64,000 bases of DNA from Patescibacteria group bacterium (GTDB lineage Bacteria > Patescibacteriota > Minisyncoccia > Phycocordibacterales > UBA12445). The notes under the pieces were generated by a model. The model was not told the origin of the DNA. It worked only from the letters and a program-made list of their open reading frames with translations, and searched no databases. Position 1 is the stretch's first letter, and every line of letters begins with the position of its first letter. A program made the translations under genes and the position numbers. The stretch is from NCBI GenBank assembly GCA_003504275.1, contig DOAO01000007.1, forward strand, positions 75,535 to 139,534, given 5' to 3'. Positions 36,567 through 46,655 of the stretch are shown here, piece after piece.

Positions 36567-37469
36567 ATGAAAAATAAAAAAGTAAAAGTTGTGGTCACCG
36601 GCGGTGCTGGATTCATCGGTTCAAATTTAGTTGACGCACTTATTTCTGAGGATTTTAATGTTCATGTTATTGATAATCTGTCTGGTGGCAAAAAAGAGAA
36701 TGTTAACAAAAAAGCCAAGTTACACATTGCCGACATAACGGATCTAAAACAGATAAAACCTATATTCAAAAAGGCTGAATATGTATTTCATTTGGCCGCT
36801 TTACCCAGGGTGCAATATTCCATAGAACATCCTAAGGAGACAAATGAAGCCAATGTTAATGGAACATTGAATGTGCTCATTGCGTCTAAGGGTGCAGGGG
36901 TTAAAAAAGTTGTCTATTCTGCTTCAAGTTCGGCTTATGGAGATCAAAAAATAATGCCACTTAAAGAAGATATGAAGGCAAGTCCAAAGAGTCCTTACGG
37001 CCTCCAGAAACATATAGGAGAATTATATTGTAAGATTTTTAGTGATGTTTATAGTTTGCCGACCGTTTCTTTAAGGTATTTTAATGTTTATGGACCAAGA
37101 CAAAGTTCAGAAGGCGCTTATGCTTTGGTCATCGCCAAGTTTTTAAAACAAAAAGCAGAAGGGAAGATGATGACAATTACGGGTAGCGGGAAACAAACCA
37201 GAGATTTTACACATGTGAGCGATGTCGTTCGTGCAAATATTCTTGCCATGAAAAGTAATAAGGTTGGAAAAGGGGAGGTTGTAAATATTGGATGTGGAAA
37301 TAATCAGTCTATAAATAAGATTGCGAAATTAATTGGAGGAGAGGTTGCGTATATTCCAGCAAGACTTGAGCCGAAAGACACACTAGCCGATAATTCATTG
37401 GCAAAAAAATTACTCAGTTGGGTGCCAAAGGTAAAGATAGAGGAGGGGGTAGCGTGGCTGAAAGAATAA
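36567..37469 (+). CDS. NAD-dependent epimerase/dehydratase (UDP-sugar 4-epimerase-like)
   Basis: VVVTGGAGFIGSNLVDAL Rossmann motif. YxxxK region SPYGLQKHIGE. Confidence 0.75.
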   Translation: MKNKKVKVVVTGGAGFIGSNLVDALISEDFNVHVIDNLSGGKKENVNKKAKLHIADITDLKQIKPIFKKAEYVFHLAALPRVQYSIEHPKETNEANVNGTLNVLIASKGAGVKKVVYSASSSAYGDQKIMPLKEDMKASPKSPYGLQKHIGELYCKIFSDVYSLPTVSLRYFNVYGPRQSSEGAYALVIAKFLKQKAEGKMMTITGSGKQTRDFTHVSDVVRANILAMKSNKVGKGEVVNIGCGNNQSINKIAKLIGGEVAYIPARLEPKDTLADNSLAKKLLSWVPKVKIEEGVAWLKE

Positions 37470-37479
37470 ATATCTAAAA

Positions 37480-37941
37480 ATGGCTACGATACATAGATTT
37501 GAGGATTTGATTTGTTGGAAGAAAGCTCGTGAGCTTACGAAGGAGATATATAAAGCTTTTAAGGATAGTAAAGATCGTGGGCTGAAGGACCAGATTGAAC
37601 GTGCGGCGGTTTCTGTAATGAGCAATATTGCAGAGGGTTTTGAAAGAGGCACTAAACAAGAGTTTCTGAATTATCTTTTTATCGCAAAAGGTTCGGCAGG
37701 AGAAGTAAGATCACAGCTTTATATAGCACTTGATGTTGGTTATTTAAATATTGAAACATTTAAATATTTAAATTCTCTGGCAACGGAAAATTCACGTCTC
37801 ATCCAGAGTTTTACCGAGAAGGTAAGGGGTGGTTCACGTGCGGGAACGCAATTTAAGAAACTAGACAAAAAGGACCCTTTAGAAGAAATTATAAAAGAGA
37901 AGTCCCCAGAGCTTTACGAAAAATTTTACGGAAAAAATTAA
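37480..37941 (+). CDS. four-helix-bundle protein (23S rRNA intervening-sequence-type protein family)
   Basis: MATIHRFEDLICWKKARELTKEIY...SNIAEGFERGTKQEFLNYLFIAKGSAGEVRSQLYIA fits this family. Confidence 0.55.
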   Translation: MATIHRFEDLICWKKARELTKEIYKAFKDSKDRGLKDQIERAAVSVMSNIAEGFERGTKQEFLNYLFIAKGSAGEVRSQLYIALDVGYLNIETFKYLNSLATENSRLIQSFTEKVRGGSRAGTQFKKLDKKDPLEEIIKEKSPELYEKFYGKN

Positions 37942-38158
37942 TAAATTTATAGACGTCCAGCAGGATTAGGTCATATATAATTTTTCTGACGATTAGCAGG
38001 ATTAGGCCACGAGTTACTAATTCGCTTCGCTCATAAGTACTCTCGGCCCCGCCTCAGCTCCCATTCTTGCAGAATGGGTCCCGCTTCCGGCTTTCAAATC
38101 CTGCTGTGGCGCTACAAAACAAAAAACACCCAAATGCTTTCGCATTTGAGGTGTTTGT

Positions 38159-38327
38159 TTTGTGCGCCCAGCAGGATCTTTTCTCTACGAGAACAGTATA
38201 GGTTTCCCATTTTTTCGGATTAAAATCCTCAAAAATAAGGGAGAACCTTTTCAAATCCTGACGCAAGGTAAGCAGTTACCTTGCTTGGGCGCAAGAGAAA
38301 AAACAGGCTAAAGCCTGTTTTTTGTTG
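38159..38327 (-). ncRNA. candidate structured element downstream of tRNA-Lys (trailer element copy 1)
   Basis: Closed by a stem that copies the tRNA-Lys acceptor/3' end (18-nt direct repeat 38159-38177 = 38325-38342). Internal hairpins show compensatory changes relative to copy 2. A hairpin plus T-run terminator separates it from the tRNA. Confidence 0.4.
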
Positions 38328-38400
38328 TGCGCCCAGCAGGATTTGAACCTGCGACCCTCCGCTTAAGAGGCGGTTGCTCTACCAACTGAGCTATGGGCGC
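38328..38400 (-). tRNA. tRNA-Lys (anticodon CTT)
   Basis: Cloverleaf: acceptor GCGCCCA/TGGGCGC, anticodon loop CTCTTAA, T-loop TTCAAAT. No encoded CCA. Confidence 0.85.
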
Positions 38401-38442
38401 TTGATTTGCTGATTTAAAATAACACTTTTAATCTTTTTTTTC

Positions 38443-38609
38443 AATGTGCCCGAGGTGAATCTTCCTCTACGAGGACTGTATAGCTTTCCCATTTATTCAG
38501 AGCAAAGCTCTTCATAAATAAGGGAGAAGCTTTTCGACTCCCTCACGCAGACCAAGCAGTTGGTCTGCTTCGGCATAAAATCAAAACCAAAAGATGGTTT
38601 ATGATTTTG
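38443..38609 (-). ncRNA. candidate structured element downstream of tRNA-Leu (trailer element copy 2)
   Basis: Same architecture as 38159-38327, with a conserved core ...TTCTCCCTTATTT...AAATGGGAAAG/CCTATAC...CTCGTAGAG... . Hairpins vary by paired substitutions (GCAAGGTAA/TTACCTTGC vs GCAGACCAA/TTGGTCTGC; GGATT/AATCC vs AGAGC/GCTCT). Confidence 0.4.
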
Positions 38610-38693
38610 TGCCCAGAGAGGGAGTCGAACCCTCAATCCCTTGCGGGCGACAGATTTTAAGTCTGTAGCGTATACCAATTCCGCCATCTGGGC
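38610..38693 (-). tRNA. tRNA-Leu (anticodon TAA)
   Basis: Acceptor GCCCAGA/TCTGGGC, anticodon loop CTTAAAA, long variable arm, T-loop TTCGACT. Confidence 0.85.
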
Positions 38694-38717
38694 ATTAGAC
38701 CCTTTTTTAGGATCTTG

Positions 38718-38789
38718 AGGCCTGGGGGAGAATCGAACTCCCGCATAACGGTTTTGCAGACCGTCGCTTTACCACTTAGCAACCAGGCC
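38718..38789 (-). tRNA. tRNA-Cys (anticodon GCA)
   Basis: Acceptor GGCCTGG/CCAGGCC, anticodon loop CTGCAAA, T-loop TTCGATT, U73 discriminator. Confidence 0.85.
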
Positions 38790-38794
38790 AATAT

Positions 38795-39145
38795 TTATTT
38801 ATATGCTTGATCAGCTCTGTTCGCTTGGCTTAAAAGCTCATCAATTCTTTGTCTGTGTTTCTCTCCTTTGTCTAATTCAAAATCGAAGAATGGGATAAAT
38901 TTCATATTCCAGTCTTTCTTTACATAGTCACGAAAATCACTTCGTTGTCTCTTTAGGAATTCCAGAGCTCTTTCTTCCCCGCTATCCGGAAGAACCGTAA
39001 AAAGGACCTTGGCCTCCTTCATATCAGGAGAAAGGTCAATGCTCGTTATTGTTATTATCGATTTCTTATTAGAAACTCTCTCCACGAAATCCGCGGCAAG
39101 TTTCATTAAAAGGGATGATATTTTTTCGTTTCGTCTTCCTTGCAT
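38795..39145 (-). CDS. rbfA: ribosome-binding factor A
   Basis: 116 aa with RbfA-like N-terminal sequence. Sits just downstream of infB. Confidence 0.75.
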   Translation of the reverse strand: MQGRRNEKISSLLMKLAADFVERVSNKKSIITITSIDLSPDMKEAKVLFTVLPDSGEERALEFLKRQRSDFRDYVKKDWNMKFIPFFDFELDKGEKHRQRIDELLSQANRADQAYK

Positions 39146-39288
39146 TTTACCCAGTTAAATAAAATTGACTGATAATCCGTCTTGCACCTGTTTTTAACAT
39201 TTTATCCTGATAATGTCTATCTTTCCGAGATAAGCCCAGCCAATTTTAATTTTCTTTTTTAAAAATTATTTAACCGGGTGAATTGCCT

Positions 39289-40791
39289 TTAAATCGTTTC
39301 TAAGTCAAAGGCCTCAATGATATCGCTCTCTGCAATTGTTATTTTTGAATCGATTGTGACACCGAATTGCTTTCCTTCAACAACCTCTCTCGCTTTCATT
39401 TTATTCTCTTGAAGCTCGTTTATTTCTCCTCTTCCTATCTCATTTTTCTGTCTTATTATCTTTACTTCCTTGCCTACGATAATAGATCCGGAAAGTACAG
39501 TACCTCCTACAACCTGCTTGTCTTTTTGTCTACTAAATACCCTAAGTATTCGGGCTTGTCCTAGGGTTTTCTCAACTTCCTCCTTCGGCATTCTTCTTTT
39601 TATTTCTTCCTCTATTGTATCGTTGATCTTATAAATAATATCAAAGGTCATTGGTTTTATGCCAAGTTTTTCGCCAAGCTCCATGACGTCTCTATCTGCT
39701 TTAACATTAAAACCAATCACGAGAGGCTTATCTTTGTTTCCTGCAGAGCTGACATCATTCTCTGTGATATTTCCAACCCCACAAGATATTATTCTTATCT
39801 TCACATCGTCGTTCTCCAATTTTCTAAGTTCCTTTTCAATTGCCTCAACTGAGCCTTGAAAGTCGGCTTTAAGTATTACCGGTAATACTAATTTTACATT
39901 TTCATAATTTTCTTCAGCTCTTCTTGCGCAGATAGGCGCTTGAGTCTCTGCTATTTTCTCGGCCTCTTTTTTGTTTTTTGTTGATATGAAATTTGAACCA
40001 ACAGCAGGAAGCTTACTGAATCCTGTTATTTTAACAGGGGATGAGGCGATAGCTTCCGCTATTTTTTTTCCTGCGAAATTTTCAAGGCTTCGGAGGGGTG
40101 TTACATTTCCGTCAATTATTATAAAATCTCCAACATTTAAAGTTCCATCTTTGATTATAAGTGTAGCGACACCACCTTTCTTTGGATCGAGATTTGATTC
40201 AAAGACAAATCCTTCTCCAGGTTTACTATCGTCTTTTTTAAATTCACCCATTTCAGCCATCAAGAGTAATACATCCAAGAGATCAGAAACCCCGTCTCCT
40301 GTTTTTGCAGACACGGGAACATTTGGAACATCTCCTCCATAACCTTCAAGGAATACTCCATTTGATGCCAAGTCTAATTTAGTTTTCTCAATGTCGGAAT
40401 TTGGTTTATCTATTTTATTTATTGCTACTACATAAGGAGTTCCTGAGTCCTGTATTGTTTTGATTGCTTCTATTGTTTGAACATTAACACCATCGTCAGC
40501 TGCGACAACAAGAATTATTACATCTGCAATTTGTGCTCCTCTACCCCTCATTTTGGAAAAAGCAGCATGACCAGGTGTGTCTATAAAAGTAATTCTTTTT
40601 GCCTCGCCACTCGGCATTTCGTGCATGACTTCATATGCGCTCGTGTGTTGAGTTATTCCTCCAGCCTCTTTTTCTACCGTATTGGCCTTTCTTATGTAAT
40701 CAAGAAGGGTAGATTTACCATGATCAATATGACCCATCACCGTGATGATTGGAGGTCTCTCTGTTTCAGTTTTTTGGGTCTTGTTAGTCAT
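39289..40791 (-). CDS. infB: translation initiation factor IF-2 (short form lacking N-terminal extension)
   Basis: G1 GHIDHGKST, G3 DTPGH, G4 NKID. 500 aa. Confidence 0.85.
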   Translation of the reverse strand: MTNKTQKTETERPPIITVMGHIDHGKSTLLDYIRKANTVEKEAGGITQHTSAYEVMHEMPSGEAKRITFIDTPGHAAFSKMRGRGAQIADVIILVVAADDGVNVQTIEAIKTIQDSGTPYVVAINKIDKPNSDIEKTKLDLASNGVFLEGYGGDVPNVPVSAKTGDGVSDLLDVLLLMAEMGEFKKDDSKPGEGFVFESNLDPKKGGVATLIIKDGTLNVGDFIIIDGNVTPLRSLENFAGKKIAEAIASSPVKITGFSKLPAVGSNFISTKNKKEAEKIAETQAPICARRAEENYENVKLVLPVILKADFQGSVEAIEKELRKLENDDVKIRIISCGVGNITENDVSSAGNKDKPLVIGFNVKADRDVMELGEKLGIKPMTFDIIYKINDTIEEEIKRRMPKEEVEKTLGQARILRVFSRQKDKQVVGGTVLSGSIIVGKEVKIIRQKNEIGRGEINELQENKMKAREVVEGKQFGVTIDSKITIAESDIIEAFDLETI

Positions 40792-40828
40792 GATTTATCT
40801 GTTTAATTTTTTAATAAAAAACTTTTTA

Positions 40829-41290
40829 TTATTCTCGATTTTCCCAGGATATTCTCATTGCTTCTTTTTCTTCGCCGGAAAGTTCGTAATCTGATTTTAA
40901 TTTTTTTATCGGCTTAGCAAATACACTTACTTTATCTCTGGCATAGAGACTAGATAATACAACCCCATCTCCGTGATCATCTAAAAAGGCTGAGGCAAAG
41001 CTCTGGTTGCCACCAGCATCTCCAAAAGGATTAAATCTTATAGTTCCTGCGGTTTGTATATTTCTCCTTATTTTAGTTTTTATCGCCTGTATTTCTTTTT
41101 CTATTTCTTTTTTGGAGTCAGTTAATTTTTCGATATCATTAAGGGCAGATACAATCGTACCTTCGACATCTTTTACATTATTACCTCGCAAGAGGCGTCG
41201 TATTCTAATTTCTAGTCTAATGGCTAAAATTAGAAGTATCGCAACTAGTGCGATAAGCGCATAGGTTATATATGGTGAATTGATGTTCAT
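40829..41290 (-). CDS. DUF4446-family protein (N-terminal membrane anchor)
   Basis: N-terminal TM. Conserved IRFNPFGDAGGNQSFASAFLDDHGDGVVLSSLYARD. Confidence 0.5.
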   Translation of the reverse strand: MNINSPYITYALIALVAILLILAIRLEIRIRRLLRGNNVKDVEGTIVSALNDIEKLTDSKKEIEKEIQAIKTKIRRNIQTAGTIRFNPFGDAGGNQSFASAFLDDHGDGVVLSSLYARDKVSVFAKPIKKLKSDYELSGEEKEAMRISWENRE

Positions 41291-41486
41291 GGTGTGGGAC
41301 CTGACAGTAATCTAAACACTAGATTAAAAATAAAAAACTGTTTGTCGGTCACGATCTTAAAATTTTGGCTGCAAATTACGAATTTCTCGTCGGCTGCCTT
41401 ATCTAAATTCGTTATTTTCGCTCAAAATTTAAAAATCCTGACTCAATATTAGATTTCTAACAGGTCTCGCTATTCTACCTTTTTTT

Positions 41487-42710
41487 TTGCTATTTTGCAA
41501 AAAATTCAGTATTATGGCGCTCGTGATAAAGAAAACGAAGAAAATCGGAAAAAGAATATTTTTGGATCATGCCTCAACCACCCCTGTTCTCGGTGAGGTT
41601 TTGGGTGCTATGAAAAAATTCTGGTCATCTGAATATGGTAATCCGGGCTCCATACATTCTTTTGGTATCAATGCGAGTAAGGCAATTGAAGAATCTAGGA
41701 AAAATATTGCGATGGTTTTGGGCGCCAAGTCTTCAGAAATTATTTTTACAAGCGGTGGTACAGAATCAAACAACCTCGCGATACTTGGTGTTGCTAATTT
41801 ATTTAAAAAAAATAGCAACGGAGCGAAACTTCACATAATAACTACACAGATAGAGCATCACGCAGTTCTCTATCCTTTTAAGTATTTGGAAAACTCAGGA
41901 TTTGAAGTTACTTATTTACCTGTATCTGAAAAAGGAATTGTTTCGGTGGAAGAAGTAAAAAAAGCGATAAAAGAAAATACTGTTTTGATTTCAATAATTT
42001 ATGCCAATAATGAGGTTGGAACCATTCAGCCTATTAGAGAGATTGGTAATCTTATAAAAAAGGTAAGAGCCGACCGACCTTATCCAGTATTTCACACAGA
42101 CGCATGTCAGGCTCCATGTTTTTTGAATTTACAGGTTTCTAATTTGGGAGTGGACTTGATGACGATAAGCGGATCAAAATTATATGGTCCTAAAGGTTCG
42201 GGATTTTTGTATGTTAAAAATAATACACCGATAGAGCCGACAACCTTTGGAGGAGGACAGGAGTCCGGCTTACGTTCTGGAACCCAAGCCGTGCCTCTTA
42301 TTGTAGGATTGGCTAAGGCATTGAAGATAGCCGAAGATAAAAAGAAAAAAGAAAGCGATAGGCTGATTTCACTGAGAGATTATTTTATTCGTTTGGTTCT
42401 AAAAAAAATAGCAGGAACAAAATTAAATGGCGATATGAAATTAAGATTACCAAATAACGCCAATATTTATTTTCCGGGAATTTCAGGCGAACAGCTTGTT
42501 ATTGAATTGGATGTGAAAGGCATAGCTGTTTCTACGGGAAGCGCTTGTAGTAGTAGGGAAGAAGCTCCATCTCATGTGCTTTTGGCAATTTATAATGATA
42601 AAAAGAGAGCGGATGGCTCTATTAGATTTACTTTTGGACGAGATACCACCAAAAAGGATGTTGACCAAACGATAAAAACTTTGGATTCTATAATTAAAAG
42701 AATAAGGTAG
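41487..42710 (+). CDS. cysteine desulfurase (aminotransferase class V, IscS/NifS family)
   Basis: RIFLDHASTTP, SGGTESNN, SGSKLYGPKG (PLP Lys), and the active-site loop SACSS. The true start may be the internal ATG at 41514 (MALVIKK). Confidence 0.8.
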   Translation: MLFCKKFSIMALVIKKTKKIGKRIFLDHASTTPVLGEVLGAMKKFWSSEYGNPGSIHSFGINASKAIEESRKNIAMVLGAKSSEIIFTSGGTESNNLAILGVANLFKKNSNGAKLHIITTQIEHHAVLYPFKYLENSGFEVTYLPVSEKGIVSVEEVKKAIKENTVLISIIYANNEVGTIQPIREIGNLIKKVRADRPYPVFHTDACQAPCFLNLQVSNLGVDLMTISGSKLYGPKGSGFLYVKNNTPIEPTTFGGGQESGLRSGTQAVPLIVGLAKALKIAEDKKKKESDRLISLRDYFIRLVLKKIAGTKLNGDMKLRLPNNANIYFPGISGEQLVIELDVKGIAVSTGSACSSREEAPSHVLLAIYNDKKRADGSIRFTFGRDTTKKDVDQTIKTLDSIIKRIR

Positions 42711-42757
42711 AAAAATTTTCTTTTACTTTTTATTTTTGTCGTGTAGAATAAAGGTAA

Positions 42758-43660
42758 ATGGAAGAGCTCAACAAGACACAAATAATTCTTTTGGCAATAT
42801 TTATCACTTTGGTTACTTCGGTAGCGACGGGTGTTATTGTTGTTACTCTAATGGATCAGGCACCACCCGGGGTTACTCAGACAGTAAATAGAGTTGTTGA
42901 AAGAACCATTGAAAGAGTTATTTCTCCCGGAAAAGTAGAAAAAACTGAAGTTAAACAAATTGTGAGGGAGGACGATACAATTGTTTCTTCTGTGAAGACT
43001 GTAAGACAATCTCTTGTAAAAGTTGTCAGACAGGGTGCTTCAAGCGATGTTGCTTTTAGTAATCCGGACTTACAAGTATCTTCTATTTCTGGGTCAATAG
43101 AAAGCTCCAGTTTGGCTTCTGGTTATTTGGCAGTAGGAGAGGACGTTAGCAGGGTGGGCTTTATTGTTTCTGGGGATGGATTAATTATGACAAGCAATGA
43201 AGTTCTGGGGGGAAGCGGTTCCGCCTATTACGCTATTTTAGGTGATTCAAAATATAATCTTAAGTTTATAAAGAGTAATGATTATAATGGAATTGCGCTT
43301 TTCTCAATGGAGCAAGCTCCTAAGGGATTAGTCCCAATAGATGCTTTGTCTATAGATCAAGTATCTTTAGGACAGACAGTAATAACGCTTGGATTTGATT
43401 CAGGATTGAATACTTTAACAATGGGTTATATTTCCGGTCTTAAGGTTGGTAACGCATCTTCAACACCTATAATTAAGACGAGTATTAGACCAACAGAAAA
43501 TTGGAGCGGTAGACCAATTATAGATATAAATGGATTTTTGATTGGAATGTATGGTTCGGATAATGACGTCGTACCTTATGTAGTTGTAAAGAATTTAATT
43601 GATTCTTCCAACCCAAAAACAGGCGGAAATAACGCTACCTCAACAAAAACTTCTCAATAA
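42758..43660 (+). CDS. membrane-anchored trypsin-like serine protease (HtrA/S1C-like, no obvious PDZ)
   Basis: N-terminal TM. Asp IALFSM region. NWSGRPIIDINGFLIGMY resembles the GNSGGPL catalytic Ser context. Confidence 0.5.
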   Translation: MEELNKTQIILLAIFITLVTSVATGVIVVTLMDQAPPGVTQTVNRVVERTIERVISPGKVEKTEVKQIVREDDTIVSSVKTVRQSLVKVVRQGASSDVAFSNPDLQVSSISGSIESSSLASGYLAVGEDVSRVGFIVSGDGLIMTSNEVLGGSGSAYYAILGDSKYNLKFIKSNDYNGIALFSMEQAPKGLVPIDALSIDQVSLGQTVITLGFDSGLNTLTMGYISGLKVGNASSTPIIKTSIRPTENWSGRPIIDINGFLIGMYGSDNDVVPYVVVKNLIDSSNPKTGGNNATSTKTSQ

Positions 43661-43775
43661 CAGAAATAAAGGAGTAAAAGTCAAAAATGGTTTTTTAACT
43701 TTCTTTTGAATTTTTAGTTGTTATTTTACATTTTGAGATTTGCATTTTGCATTTATTCACGTACCCCTCTTTTGT

Positions 43776-43804
43776 TTGACAAGACGCTATTGGTCTATTA
43801 GTAT
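43776..43804 (+). promoter_or_regulatory. sigma70-like promoter upstream of clpB
   Basis: TTGACA, 17-nt spacer, TAGTAT, about 27 nt upstream of the ATG. Confidence 0.45.
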
Positions 43805-43830
43805 AACCGACATAATAATAAGACAAATTT

Positions 43831-46500
43831 ATGATCCCATTTAACAATTTAACTTCAAAAGCGCGTGAAGCCATAAGAAAAGCCCACGAGTTGGTAATAG
43901 AAAGAGGACAAAATCAGGTAAACCCGATACATCTTTTGGTGTCTCTTTTGATACAGGAAGACAGCTTGATTCTTTCTATCTTAGATAAGATGGAAGTAGA
44001 TACAAACTTACTCATGGATCAGCTTCTTGAGTCTGTGGAAGGAGCGGAGAGCCAGAACGTTCTTTCACCTTCATATCAAATATATTTGACCGCTGAACTT
44101 GTAAAAATATTAGATGGTTCAGCCAAGATGGCTGCAGTACTCAAGGACGACTTTATTTCAACAGAACACTTATTTTTATCAATGCTCGAAGAAGCAAACT
44201 CGGCTAGGGAAATTTTAAATAGATTTAAAATAAACAAAGAAGAGGTGCTAAAAATTCTTCAAGATATAAGGAAGGGAAAAATTTCTGATGTTGGCGGAAA
44301 GAAAAAGCCAAAAGCCCTGGAGAAGTTTACGAGAAACCTTACGAGATTAGCCAAAGAAGACAAACTGGATCCTGTTATTGGTAGAGATGAAGAAATCAGG
44401 AGGATAATGCAGATATTAACAAGAAGAACAAAGAATAACCCTGTTCTTGTTGGAGAAGCAGGTACCGGAAAAACTGCGGTTGCAGAAGGTCTTGCTATCA
44501 GAATTGCCAAGGGCGATGTGCCGGAAACTTTGAAAGATAAAGAAATAGTTTCTCTTGATCTCGGTTCTCTTATTGCCGGAACAAAATTCAGAGGAGAATT
44601 TGAGGAGAGATTAAAAGCTATTTTGAAAGATATAGAGAAGTCGGCAGGAACGGTTATTCTTTTTATAGATGAGATCCACACAATAGTGGGCGCTGGTGCC
44701 GCTGAGGGTTCTCTTGATGTTTCAAATATGTTAAAACCCGCTCTTGCAAGGGGAGAGCTTAGGGCTATCGGTGCAACTACTCTTAATGAATACCAGAAGC
44801 ACATAGAAAAAGACCCCGCTCTTGCTAGAAGATTCCAGCCTGTTCATGTGGGTGAGCCAAGTATTGAAGATGGTATCGCAATATTACGTGGTCTTAAGGA
44901 TAGATACGCTATTCATCATGGAATAAAAATAACTGACTCCGCTATTGTAGCTGCAGTTAATTTGAGCAGTAGATATATTGCTGATAGGTTTTTGCCGGAC
45001 AAGGCGATAGACCTCATAGATGAGGCGTCTTCATCTTTACGTTTACAATTGGAAGATAAGCCGATAGTAATTCAGGATACAGATAAAAAAATAATGAGAC
45101 TGGAAGTTGAAAAAGAGGCTCTTAAGAAAGAGGACATTTCAAAAGATGTTCAGGCAAAAGCTAGATTAAAGAAAATAGATAAAGAAATCGCCGACCTAAG
45201 AGAGAAAATATCAGAAGTTGATATGCGCTGGAAGAATGAGAAGAAATTAATAGCTGAGACAAGAACGATTAAAAAAGAGTTGGATATTTTGAGACTTGAA
45301 GCTGAGGCCGCCGAGATGAGATCGGATCTTTCTCTTGCCGCAGAAATAAGATACGGAAAAATACCAACCAAAGAGAAGTCGTTAGCTTCTCTTGAAACAA
45401 AACTCTCCAAACTTCAGCCAAGAAGATTACTCAGAGAAGAAGTCACAGAAGAGGATATCGCAAATGTTGTGTCCAAGTGGACTGGCATCCCAGTATTTAG
45501 AATGCTTGAGGAAGAGGCTGATAAATTGAGAAGAATGGAAGATGAGCTCAAGAAAAGAGTTGTTGGACAGGATGAAGCCATCAGAAAGATATCAGAATCT
45601 ATTAGACGATCAAGAGCTGGTGTTTCTGACCCAGACAGACCAATTGGTTCATTTATGTTCCTCGGTCCATCAGGTGTAGGAAAGACAGAACTTGCAAAAA
45701 CATTATCTCAGTTCTTATTTAATGACGAGAAGGCGATAATCAGAATAGATATGTCCGAATTTATGGAGAAACATTCAGTTTCAAAATTGATCGGTTCTCC
45801 TCCGGGATATGTCGGATATGACGAAGCCGGGAAGCTTACTGAGATGGTAAAACATCGCCCATATTCCATCGTGCTCTTTGATGAGATAGAAAAAGCTCAT
45901 CCGGAGGTGTTCAATATTCTTCTTCAGGTTTTGGATAATGGACGATTGACCGATTCAAAAGGAAGGACTGTTAACTTTAAGAACACTGTTATTATCATGA
46001 CCTCAAATGTCGGTTCCGAATTTGTGAATAAAATGGAGACGATTGGATTTGGTAACGGCAAGAATGAAAAGTCCGAATATAACTTGATGAAAGAAAAGAT
46101 AATGGAAAGACTCAAGGATAATTTCAGACCGGAATTTTTGAATAGACTGGACGAGGTAATCATATTCGATACTTTAAGTAAGGATGTTATTAAGACGATT
46201 GTTGGCGTTCAGCTTGAGGTTGTTAAAAAGAGACTTGAAGACAGGGGAGTAAAACTAGAAGTTACACCTGACGTCTTTGATATACTCGCGACCGAAGGAT
46301 ATGATCCTCAGTATGGTGCAAGGCCGATGAAGAGACTTATTCAGACAAAGATATTAAATAGAGTCGCTGAGTATTTAATATCAAAGAGTTTGAGTCCTAA
46401 GTCGGTGGTAGTTGTCAGTGTTAAAAATAATGATATAATGGTCGGCATCAAAGAAACGTCATCTGAGAAGGTGACTGCTGGGAAGAAAAGTAAGAAGTAG
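43831..46500 (+). CDS. clpB: ATP-dependent chaperone ClpB
   Basis: Clp N-domain, two AAA+ modules (GEAGTGKT; GPSGVGKTE), a long middle coiled-coil between them. 889 aa. Confidence 0.9.
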   Translation: MIPFNNLTSKAREAIRKAHELVIERGQNQVNPIHLLVSLLIQEDSLILSILDKMEVDTNLLMDQLLESVEGAESQNVLSPSYQIYLTAELVKILDGSAKMAAVLKDDFISTEHLFLSMLEEANSAREILNRFKINKEEVLKILQDIRKGKISDVGGKKKPKALEKFTRNLTRLAKEDKLDPVIGRDEEIRRIMQILTRRTKNNPVLVGEAGTGKTAVAEGLAIRIAKGDVPETLKDKEIVSLDLGSLIAGTKFRGEFEERLKAILKDIEKSAGTVILFIDEIHTIVGAGAAEGSLDVSNMLKPALARGELRAIGATTLNEYQKHIEKDPALARRFQPVHVGEPSIEDGIAILRGLKDRYAIHHGIKITDSAIVAAVNLSSRYIADRFLPDKAIDLIDEASSSLRLQLEDKPIVIQDTDKKIMRLEVEKEALKKEDISKDVQAKARLKKIDKEIADLREKISEVDMRWKNEKKLIAETRTIKKELDILRLEAEAAEMRSDLSLAAEIRYGKIPTKEKSLASLETKLSKLQPRRLLREEVTEEDIANVVSKWTGIPVFRMLEEEADKLRRMEDELKKRVVGQDEAIRKISESIRRSRAGVSDPDRPIGSFMFLGPSGVGKTELAKTLSQFLFNDEKAIIRIDMSEFMEKHSVSKLIGSPPGYVGYDEAGKLTEMVKHRPYSIVLFDEIEKAHPEVFNILLQVLDNGRLTDSKGRTVNFKNTVIIMTSNVGSEFVNKMETIGFGNGKNEKSEYNLMKEKIMERLKDNFRPEFLNRLDEVIIFDTLSKDVIKTIVGVQLEVVKKRLEDRGVKLEVTPDVFDILATEGYDPQYGARPMKRLIQTKILNRVAEYLISKSLSPKSVVVVSVKNNDIMVGIKETSSEKVTAGKKSKK

Positions 46501-46539
46501 TTGAAAATTGAATAAAGGCAGTGGAAACACTGCCTCAAT

Positions 46540-46622
46540 GCGCAGGTGGTAGAGTGGTCAATTACAACAGACTGTAAATCTGTCGGCTTCGGCCTACGAA
46601 GGTTCGAATCCTTCCCTGCGCA
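46540..46622 (+). tRNA. tRNA-Tyr (anticodon GTA)
   Basis: Acceptor GCGCAGG/CCTGCGC, anticodon loop CTGTAAA, long variable arm, T-loop TTCGAAT. Confidence 0.8.
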
Positions 46623-46628
46623 TAACGA

Positions 46629-46655
46629 AAAAGTTCCCGAAAGGGGACTTTTTAG
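46629..46655 (+). terminator. rho-independent terminator after tRNA-Tyr
   Basis: AAGTTCCC-GAAA-GGGGACTT followed by TTTTT. Confidence 0.7.

Noticed and set aside
38159-38327. Interpreting the tRNA-trailer units as intron-containing or extra tRNA genes
   Set aside because: Despite acceptor-like closing stems, the internal 9-bp hairpins and missing D-arm/anticodon geometry are incompatible with a tRNA cloverleaf. The conserved small ORF start (MGK/NLY) diverges after 5 codons, so protein-coding is also unlikely.
41487-41513. Sigma70-like TTGCTA-17-TATTAT promoter immediately abutting the internal ATG of the cysteine desulfurase
   Set aside because: The -10 element ends 1 nt before the ATG at 41514 and lies inside the longer ORF-track start. 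The geometry is inconsistent with either start, so the promoter call is not reliable.
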